DNA of 64,000 nt from NCBI GenBank assembly GCA_000092065.1, contig CP000588.1. The stretch is one strand, 5' to 3'. This stretch comes from Ostreococcus lucimarinus. Lineage: Eukaryota. Position 1 is the stretch's first letter. Each line of letters opens with the position of its first letter. A program made the position numbers and the translations under genes. The notes under the pieces were generated by a model that was given only the letters and a program-made list of their open reading frames with translations, was not told the origin of the DNA and searched no databases. Positions 57,361 through 64,000 of the stretch are shown piece after piece.

Positions 57361-59496
57361 TCATCGACTCGGAAGCATCGCGCGGTACGCGAGAACGCCG
57401 GCTAAAGCTAAGCTGAGTCCAAACAATACGTAGCGCTCGATGACTTCGATCAATCGAAGGATTCGCACGGCCATAAAGCCGCGCACGGTGGAGAAGTTAA
57501 GCTTCGGCGTCGGCAGAGCGCTGAAATGCTCGGCGGGTAAGCCGAGCGAACCAAAGCTCAACGATCGGCTAGCCGCGGCGGCGAAGAGCCAGAATTTGGT
57601 CATTACGATCGCAAAAACGCATGGTGTAGCTTCGTACGAGGTCTCCGAGGCTGCTGCACCCGCAGCAAACAGTTCAAGGCTTCGACTCGCGTTGATTGCG
57701 ACGCCGCGACCGAACAAATGCGCCCAACCAAGATTTACCAACGCCTCTGCGTACGGCTTTTCGCCGAATGCGGCGACCGACAAATGCCCTGTGGCGGCAA
57801 TTTCATAAGTCGAGGCGTTTGGGACGAGTTGATCGTAGTGATCTTTCAGATCAAACGTCAAGTCTGGTCGCACTTTGCGCTCCGACAGCAAGCCCGCTAA
57901 ATCCACTCGAGCCTCGGGGGACGCGTAGCAGTAAATAATCTCGCGAAGCATGCGCGCGGCGAGTTCAAACTTGTTCTCACTCGTGTACGCGTCAGTTTTG
58001 CGCAATAACCACGCCACGTTATTCGCGGCGGATTCACTTCCGAGTGACGACACGAGTGCGTATCGAACGAGAGCGCCCCAAGGATTCTGGTGAAGCAAAA
58101 CTTCTTCGATGGCCTCATTTCGATGCTCAGCCCAGTTGAAGCGTTCCTCGATGAAAATGTGAAAGTATCTCGCGGCTTTCGTCACATTCTTTTCCACGAC
58201 TTCGCCGAGAGCGTAAACCATTCCGAGCTCGTAGGGCGCTCGCCAATGTCCGAGTTCGCTCGCCTTTTCCATGATTTCCAAACCGTACGTCGCATTTGCC
58301 TCAACGCCGTGACCGGCGGTGTACATTTGTGCGAGATTGAAATAACCATCGGGATCTTCCAATTTTGATGCTGCTGTGAAATAAAGCATCGCTTCAGTGT
58401 AGTTTTGCTCACTCGCCAAACCGTTGAATGCGAGAACGCCCAAACCGTTGTACGCCGGCGCGATTTGGCCCTTGGATATTGCGCGCAAGAATTCTTCGCG
58501 CGCGGCGGTGTAATTTTTCTCTGTACCCATACCGTTCATGTACATGAATCCCAGGTTGTAGTGTGCTTCAGGCAGTCCCCCACCGCGTCGACGCGCAGCT
58601 TCCACGAAGTGTTCAAACGCGGCTCTCTCGTTCTGTTCGACGCCTCGCCCACCAACGAGCGCTCGGTATCCCAACTGCGCATGCGCCCCATCATCTCCTC
58701 GCGCTGCTGCATCGATTTCCATGGCCACTTGATCTGCTGCTTTCGCCGCGATACTCTCGGAATACCAGCCGGCGTCTCGATCCCGATCGCGCAACCACTC
58801 GGCGCCGCTCGGTGCTTCGAGCTCGTACGTCGTCGGGCCTCTCCCTAAACCAGTCGTCGCCACATCGCGCAACATCGACAACGCTCGCTCCTCGTCTTTT
58901 TCCACGCCATCGAATCCTTTCCATAACCTAAATCCAAGCGCAGTGCGCGCCCAATCGTCCCCCATGAGCGCAGCTCGCTGCAGAGCCGACTGGTACCACG
59001 TCTCGCTTCCAGTCTCCGTCAACCTCTCAAACGCGCCGTAGTCATCCTCACCGCTCGCTGTCTCCCCCACGAACGCGTCCTCGTCGACCAGTCCCACTTT
59101 ACCGAGCGCGCTGAGCGCGTAAAGCGCCTCGCGCGCGGCAATCCATCGATCTCGTTCGTCTGCGCCTTCGATATCATCCTCCGCGAGCGCCTGCTCGACG
59201 GTGCCCGATCCCACAGTCAACGCTTTCTCGCGCAACTCACGCAACGTCGGCGCGTGTCGAGCCTGATTCGCGAGTTTCACGAAAGCATCTTTAACCAACG
59301 GTGCGGTGTGCGTCGGTTGCGCGATGAGTTGCTCGAGCGCGCGCGCGTGGTCGTCTAAAATCGCCGAAGATTCCGAGTGCTGCACTTCGTCATCGTCGCC
59401 GGCACGCGCGCTCGCGACGAGTGCGGCGACGATCACGACGACGTGGTGCCACGGCGTTTTCTTGCGCACGCGCGCGCGCGCGATCGCTCGCCGCAT
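57361..59496 (-). CDS. Sel1-repeat protein, Hrd3/SEL1L-like (ERAD component), with a signal peptide and a C-terminal transmembrane anchor.
   Basis: An N-terminal signal peptide (WHHVVVIVAALVASARA) is present. There are multiple Sel1 repeats (AHYNLGFMYMNGMGTEKNYTAAREEF, YNGLGVLAFNGLASEQNYTEAMLYF, YFNLAQMYTAGHGVEANATYGLEI, YELGMVYALGEVVEKNVTKAARYF). A C-terminal hydrophobic segment (LFGLSLALAGVLAY) is present. Confidence 0.65.
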   Translation of the reverse strand: MRRAIARARVRKKTPWHHVVVIVAALVASARAGDDDEVQHSESSAILDDHARALEQLIAQPTHTAPLVKDAFVKLANQARHAPTLRELREKALTVGSGTVEQALAEDDIEGADERDRWIAAREALYALSALGKVGLVDEDAFVGETASGEDDYGAFERLTETGSETWYQSALQRAALMGDDWARTALGFRLWKGFDGVEKDEERALSMLRDVATTGLGRGPTTYELEAPSGAEWLRDRDRDAGWYSESIAAKAADQVAMEIDAAARGDDGAHAQLGYRALVGGRGVEQNERAAFEHFVEAARRRGGGLPEAHYNLGFMYMNGMGTEKNYTAAREEFLRAISKGQIAPAYNGLGVLAFNGLASEQNYTEAMLYFTAASKLEDPDGYFNLAQMYTAGHGVEANATYGLEIMEKASELGHWRAPYELGMVYALGEVVEKNVTKAARYFHIFIEERFNWAEHRNEAIEEVLLHQNPWGALVRYALVSSLGSESAANNVAWLLRKTDAYTSENKFELAARMLREIIYCYASPEARVDLAGLLSERKVRPDLTFDLKDHYDQLVPNASTYEIAATGHLSVAAFGEKPYAEALVNLGWAHLFGRGVAINASRSLELFAAGAAASETSYEATPCVFAIVMTKFWLFAAAASRSLSFGSLGLPAEHFSALPTPKLNFSTVRGFMAVRILRLIEVIERYVLFGLSLALAGVLAYRAMLPSR

Positions 59497-59691
59497 CGCG
59501 CACGTGTGCGCGTGTCGCTTTGCGGCTCGCCCGTGGATGTTCGCGCGGGATATCGTGGCGTGTCGCTTGAAGCAACTTGCTTTGTTTATTCGTGCAATGT
59601 GCGTAATTACAACGAGCGCGTGGTTGCGGGCTATACCGTTTTGCTTTTGTTTGCTTGCGTTGACGTCGTTCGCGTCTGCGAGACGGCGCGC

Positions 59692-61515
59692 TTATTCTTC
59701 TTCCTCGCGTTTTTCTTCCTCGGCTTCGACATCCGCTTCCGGTTGCTCGATCTCGGGCTCCGCCGTAGCCTCGACTTCGTCTTCCTGCTCTTCAGCTTCT
59801 TCCACTTCTTGGTCGCCTTCTGCCTCCGGAACAGACATCTCGGCGAGCGTCGGGAGTTCGATGGTCATCGGAGATTCGTCCTCTTCCTCTTCGACGTCCA
59901 TCACAGCGGACGAAGCCGCTCGACCAACTGTGGCAACTGCAGGAGTGAAAACCTTTGAAGCATCCGCAAACAACTCCCCGGGAGATTCATAGCTCGTCAG
60001 CTTGTTGTAGAGCGACCAAAAGAGACCTAAGAAACCAATGAAGGCCAAAGTCTTTTCCCATTCGACCGCTGCGTACGCCAATGCGACGAAACCAACCGCG
60101 ACGGCGCCTTTCTGCACCGGAGTCGACGTCTTGTAACCGGACGAGACGGTAGCCCTCACGGTACCCACTCGCGTTTGAACAAACTGCGAGCCCGATCGCG
60201 CCAACTCGGCCGTCTCTTCGCTCGCCTTATCGAGGATGTTCTTGTCATACGACGGGTTACGACGAATTTTTAAGCCAGTCGATCTCCACGCGTCAAAGTT
60301 ACCTTCCACCGTGAAGCACTTGCGTCCACCCATCGCGGTCACAACCTTTGCGAGCGCCGCCGCATCCGGACCCATAAAGTAGATTTGTGCACCACGTTTG
60401 GTGAGCTTCAGCACGCGCTCGCCGGCGATTTGCAACTCAACCTCACGCGGGTTCGCAGTGACTCGTCGAGTGAGAGCGTCCAATTCCTCCACGGGAACCG
60501 CGGCACCCTTGTCGCGCGCACCCTTTCTTAAATCCGGAACCCCGTCCACTTTGCGATCTTCGAACGAGCGAGTATCGATGAGGAATGCTCGTTTGTTCTT
60601 TTCGAGCTCGTCGTTGATAAACGCCGGCCGTCTCGTGCCGGCGTAGCCGCGAGCCTTGTTCACCGCCCCGCCGGCGAGCGTCGGCACGAAGAGCGCAAAG
60701 ACGCCGAGCGCAATGGCGACATCGGTGTCTTCCTTGGCCAAGTCTACAAGCTTGGCAAACTCGTCGGGCAGCACGCCCTTGAAGGCACTAAACGCACCCT
60801 GAATGCTATCGTTCACGCTCGTCGTCACGCCAGACTGAAGCGCGTTTGCCGCGTCCGTCGCGCCCTTGAGCTGCACATCGAGCGAGGCTTTACCCGCGCT
60901 CAGCGCGTCGGTCGCGCCCTTGAGCTGCACATCGAGCGAGGCTTTACCCGCATTCATCGCGCTCGTCGCACCCTTGAGCTGCCCGTCGAGCGAGGCTTTA
61001 CCCGCGTTCATCGCGTTCGTGGCGCCACTGAAATCAATCTCCGGCACCTCAACCTGCGCGTCGAATTTCGGCAGCTCTGGCGTCTTAAACGCCCCCACGT
61101 CCACGCTCGGCGCTTCGAACTTCGGCGCTTCGGGAAGTTTAAATTCACCCATCTTCGCCTTAAAGTCCGGAATCTCAACGTTTTCCATCCCCTCCGGCGC
61201 CTTGAACGCGCTCGCGAAGTCCCCGCTCTTGAGCTTATCCATCCCGCCCGCCACGACGTCCCCGAGGTCCTCCGCCGCGTCCCCCACGACGTCCATCGCG
61301 CGCGTCGCCGCCGCGTTCGTCCCGTCCGCGACGTCCACGACGTCCGCGATCGTCTCGCCCGCGTCGCCCGTCGCCCGCGTTCGCGTCGTCCGCGCGCCGC
61401 GCGCCGTCGTCGTCGCGCGCGCGCGTCCGATCGCGCGTCCGCGGTCCGCGCTCGCGCGTCCACACCGCGTCGCGCGTCCCGTTCGCGCGGTCGCCGCGGA
61501 CGCCATCGCGCGCAT
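59692..61515 (-). CDS. Chloroplast-type membrane protein with a rhodanese-like domain flanked by two transmembrane helices (TROL/CaS-like architecture), internal tandem repeats and an acidic C-terminus.
   Basis: An R/A/T-rich transit-like N-terminus is followed by 19-aa repeats (GATNAMNAGKASLDGQLK, three times). TM1 is VAIALGVFALFVPTLAGGAV. The rhodanese-like region is AFLIDTRSFEDRKVDGVPDLRKG...IYFMGPDAAALAKVVTAMGGRKCFTVEGNFDAWRSTG. TM2 is GAVAVGFVALAYAAVEWEKTLAFIGFLGLFW. An E-rich tail follows. Confidence 0.5.
   Translation of the reverse strand: MRAMASAATARTGRATRCGRASADRGRAIGRARATTTARGARTTRTRATGDAGETIADVVDVADGTNAAATRAMDVVGDAAEDLGDVVAGGMDKLKSGDFASAFKAPEGMENVEIPDFKAKMGEFKLPEAPKFEAPSVDVGAFKTPELPKFDAQVEVPEIDFSGATNAMNAGKASLDGQLKGATSAMNAGKASLDVQLKGATDALSAGKASLDVQLKGATDAANALQSGVTTSVNDSIQGAFSAFKGVLPDEFAKLVDLAKEDTDVAIALGVFALFVPTLAGGAVNKARGYAGTRRPAFINDELEKNKRAFLIDTRSFEDRKVDGVPDLRKGARDKGAAVPVEELDALTRRVTANPREVELQIAGERVLKLTKRGAQIYFMGPDAAALAKVVTAMGGRKCFTVEGNFDAWRSTGLKIRRNPSYDKNILDKASEETAELARSGSQFVQTRVGTVRATVSSGYKTSTPVQKGAVAVGFVALAYAAVEWEKTLAFIGFLGLFWSLYNKLTSYESPGELFADASKVFTPAVATVGRAASSAVMDVEEEEDESPMTIELPTLAEMSVPEAEGDQEVEEAEEQEDEVEATAEPEIEQPEADVEAEEEKREEEE
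60866..61036. repeat. 57-bp tandem coding repeat, three copies, inside the rhodanese-protein gene.
   Basis: The units gcgcccttgagctgcacatcgagcgaggctttacccgc... recur at a 57-nt period. They encode the repeated LKGATxAxxAGKASLDxQ peptide. Confidence 0.8.
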
Positions 61516-62125
61516 TGTCGCCGTCGCCGTCGTCGCGCCCGCGACTCGCGCGCGTTCGTCGCGCGCGCGTGTGCGATCGGTCGACGTCGACCGGCGGACG
61601 GATGGACCGTTCCTAAACCCTAAACCCTACGTAACTATGTAAGGTCCGTGTTAGACGGCACGACCGACGCGCGCGAGACCGCCGACGCACCGCCGACGCA
61701 CCGCGACGCGACGCGAAGGCGCGCGACGGCGCGAGACCGCGGCGCGCGCCGCGCGGCGCGCGCTCGCGAATGCGCGGCGACGGCGCGACGCGCGCGCGCG
61801 CGACGAGACGAAGGGAAAGAAAAAGGGCGAGGCGCGGCGACGCGAACGGCTTTTTGGGACGAACGCGCGCGCGCGCGGCGCTGGGCGTCGCGCTGGGCGT
61901 CGCGCTCGCGACGCGCGCGGAGGGGAAGAGACGCGATGATGCCGAGGCGCGCGCGAGCGGGCTGCGAGGTGCGGAGGATCGACGCGAGGCGAGGCGAGGC
62001 GGACGATGGGCGCGGACGCGGGCGAGGCGACGACGGAGGCGCGAACGCGAGGAGGGACGGATCGAACGCGCGCGCGGTCGAGCGCGGACTGACGATGAGG
62101 TTTCGCGCGCGGTGTAGATGGAACG

Positions 62126-63655
62126 GTGCCGACGTCGGTGTACGTCGACGGACCGACGATGGCGATCGAAGGGACGGCGAACGCGCCGAGCGGAGCGGCG
62201 GTGCGGGGACACGCGAGGTGGGACGCGAGGCGGTTGTTTCATGAAGTCGCGGTGAGCGTGCGAGACGTGAACGGGGGATTGAGCGCGTCGCGGTGCGAGT
62301 TGTTTCACGCGTGGACGGTGCCGGTGTTCAACACGACGACGAATGTGACGACGATTGAGTGGAAGAGCGCGCCGGCGACGACGAGACGCGAGCGAGACGA
62401 AGAGAGCGACGCGAGAGCGACGAAGAGAGCGACGACGGTGGTCATCGTCGGACCGTATGAAAAAGGGTATCTGATCACGCCAAAGTGTCGGGGCGTGGGG
62501 AAAGGAGGGACGATCAAGTACGCGGTGTCGGCGACGAGTTCATTTCAGCCGAAACTCGCGGCGCGTCTCGTGGCGGGCGTCGCATTGTTGCTCGTTGCCC
62601 CGGTCGTGGCGAGTTCAGTGACGTGCTTTTACACAGTTGCCATGACACTGTCGACGTTGGCTTTAGTGCTGATCGTAATACATAGATTTTCGCGAGCGAT
62701 ACCCGGGGGTCGGATGGTGAAGCGCACCACCGCGTTTGCGGCGTTTGCGACGTATCACTTTGTGCCTGACGAACAATGGCAAAACATCATGGATATGTAC
62801 TGGAAAATGTCAACAAAACCGATCATGTTGGTGCTAAATTTGATCAAAAGACGTTACGCCAACGCTAGCTTAGAAAGTATCATCGTTGAAGATCCCTGGG
62901 CGCTGTACAGCGCACTGACCGGTTTCGGATTGCTCGTCCTCGGCGCCGGCGTCGGTCGTTGGCTCGTGCAATCCTTCGTCTTGGACGCCGTCACCGGCGG
63001 TGTCGCGGGATCAGTGCGCTCAACTGTGACGATGGTCATTCGCATCGTCGGTTGTGGTTTGATTCAGTTTAGCTCGCGTGATGTACCGTGCGCGACAGCC
63101 ATGGTCGCGTGCGCCGCGACGTATGGCTTGTACGCGCCCGTCGTGCGCGCTTCCGATCGCATCGTCGATGCTGCCGGTCGTTTAGTGCGCCGCGGAGGCG
63201 CAAGTGCTTTGCACGAAGATCATGAGCATCAACTGAGCGATTCAGACTCGGAAGAGCGCGAAGACCAGCTTTTCTCGCTCGGTCTTCGCCGCCGCTCTCG
63301 GCGCCCGCTTCCTCCGACGCTCGATCCCGATCCTCGAACGCCGCCGAGACGCTTGGACGCGCGCACTTTGCGTTCGCCGACCGTCCAACGTCGTTCGTTC
63401 TTCCCCGGGATGTTTTCATGGAGCAACAAGAGCGCGTCCTCGAACGAATTTGTCACCGAAACCGGCGAGGACGATCGGCGTCCTCCCGTCGGCTCCGCCG
63501 CCGCCGCCTTCGGCCGCTTCCTCTCCGCCGACGAGCACGAGCACGCCGGACGCATTAAAACCGACGACGCGTTAGAACAATTAGCCCGCTCGCCCGAGTT
63601 TGCGACCTGGCTCGCGAAGAACGCCCACAGAGTGCGCGTGACTCGCGAGCTCTAG
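62126..63655 (+). CDS. Hypothetical multi-pass membrane protein with about 5 transmembrane helices. It is possibly a NEMP/TMEM194-like nuclear-envelope protein.
   Basis: Hydrophobic helices are LVAGVALLLVAPVVASS, TVAMTLSTLALVLIVI, IMLVLNLI, ALTGFGLLVLGAGVG and TMVIRIVGCGLIQF. A hydrophilic C-terminal region ends ...FATWLAKNAHRVRVTREL. The family assignment is a guess. Confidence 0.35.
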   Translation: MPTSVYVDGPTMAIEGTANAPSGAAVRGHARWDARRLFHEVAVSVRDVNGGLSASRCELFHAWTVPVFNTTTNVTTIEWKSAPATTRRERDEESDARATKRATTVVIVGPYEKGYLITPKCRGVGKGGTIKYAVSATSSFQPKLAARLVAGVALLLVAPVVASSVTCFYTVAMTLSTLALVLIVIHRFSRAIPGGRMVKRTTAFAAFATYHFVPDEQWQNIMDMYWKMSTKPIMLVLNLIKRRYANASLESIIVEDPWALYSALTGFGLLVLGAGVGRWLVQSFVLDAVTGGVAGSVRSTVTMVIRIVGCGLIQFSSRDVPCATAMVACAATYGLYAPVVRASDRIVDAAGRLVRRGGASALHEDHEHQLSDSDSEEREDQLFSLGLRRRSRRPLPPTLDPDPRTPPRRLDARTLRSPTVQRRSFFPGMFSWSNKSASSNEFVTETGEDDRRPPVGSAAAAFGRFLSADEHEHAGRIKTDDALEQLARSPEFATWLAKNAHRVRVTREL

Positions 63656-64000
63656 ACGCGCCGACTCGCGACTTCAATGAGACGCACACCCCTCAGCGCC
63701 GCGGACCGAAGAGCGAGCGACGCGACGACCGCGACGCACTTCGCGACGCCCGGCCATGGCGAGAGGCGCGAAAGGAACGACCGCGATCGAGGACCGCGCG
63801 CGCGCGCTCGCGCGCGCCTCCATCGCGCGCGCGGACGCGTTATTCGGCGCCGACCGCGCGCTCGATCGTCCCGGCGGCGGTGCGAAAGATGGCGACGCCG
63901 GTGGCGCGCACGCCGCGCGCGTGCGATTAGGGGTGAAGATTGCGGATGAATACGCGTCCGTGCGCGCGTGGTCGCGGGAGAACGAGCGAGGAGGCGGACA

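Noticed and set aside
63677-63949. 90-aa ORF at the window end
   Set aside because: It is pure R/A/P low complexity in a GC-rich flank, with no evidence of coding.
1-64000. Prokaryotic interpretation (operons, CRISPR, defence islands)
   Set aside because: Histones H2A/H2B, ubiquitin, SUMO, Brr2 and multiple GT..AG introns with branch points show this is eukaryotic nuclear DNA. No direct-repeat/spacer arrays are present.

Overview
This window is a gene-dense, very GC-rich nuclear segment from a eukaryote, not a prokaryote. The evidence is replication-dependent histone H2A/H2B, ubiquitin-eL40, SUMO, RAD51 and the U5 snRNP helicase Brr2, plus spliceosomal GT..AG introns. Every intron I could define is short (about 100-350 bp), uses a GTGCGT, GTGCGA, GTACGT or GTAAGA donor, and carries a strong ACTGAC branch point 25-40 nt upstream of the acceptor. 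Together with the compaction (intergenic spacers of 30-450 bp) and the R/A-rich low-complexity protein tails, this fits a mamiellophyte green alga such as Micromonas or Ostreococcus. That lineage call is inference from composition and splice signals only.

I can support about 40 protein-coding genes. They are:
- arginyl-tRNA synthetase (cut off at the window start);
- ubiquitin-eL40;
- an EEP-family nuclease/phosphatase;
- a GILT-like protein;
- a Sfp-type phosphopantetheinyl transferase;
- queuine tRNA-ribosyltransferase;
- RAD51;
- a TPR protein;
- a REX/SDN-type RNA exonuclease;
- mitoribosomal mS33;
- SUMO;
- CstF-77;
- a MutL homolog;
- a tandem CCCH zinc-finger protein;
- organellar ribosomal protein L1;
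- FAD synthetase;
- a kinesin-7-like motor;
- H2A and H2B;
- a Sec23/24-like protein;
- GCN5;
- a double-PZP PHD-finger protein;
- a DUF1336 protein;
- a RAP-domain protein;
- MIA40;
- seryl-tRNA synthetase with a GST-like C-terminal extension;
- Brr2;
- a DnaJ protein with two CS domains;
- a Hrd3/SEL1L-like protein;
- a rhodanese-domain membrane protein;
- several hypothetical proteins.

The supplied ORF track missed several first exons. I rebuilt multi-exon models by hand for ubiquitin-eL40, RAD51, SUMO, the CCCH protein, FAD synthetase and kinesin. I found no rRNA, tRNA, CRISPR array or obvious transposon. Many long ORFs antisense to real genes are artefacts of GC-rich codon usage.

The most interesting non-coding structure is the divergent H2A/H2B promoter, which is mirror-symmetric, with paired TTTCGCGAAA (E2F-like) and CCAAT elements, together with near-identical GGTGTT-loop-AACACC hairpins in both histone 3' UTRs. 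Other points worth a second look:
- a 53-bp tandem repeat in the QTRT/RAD51 bidirectional promoter;
- GCN5 head-to-head with a double-PZP reader protein;
- the SerRS-GST-like fusion.

In two places (around 13680 and 26340) my own character counts disagreed with the ORF-track coordinates by one base. Hand-derived exon borders may therefore be off by 1-2 nt.
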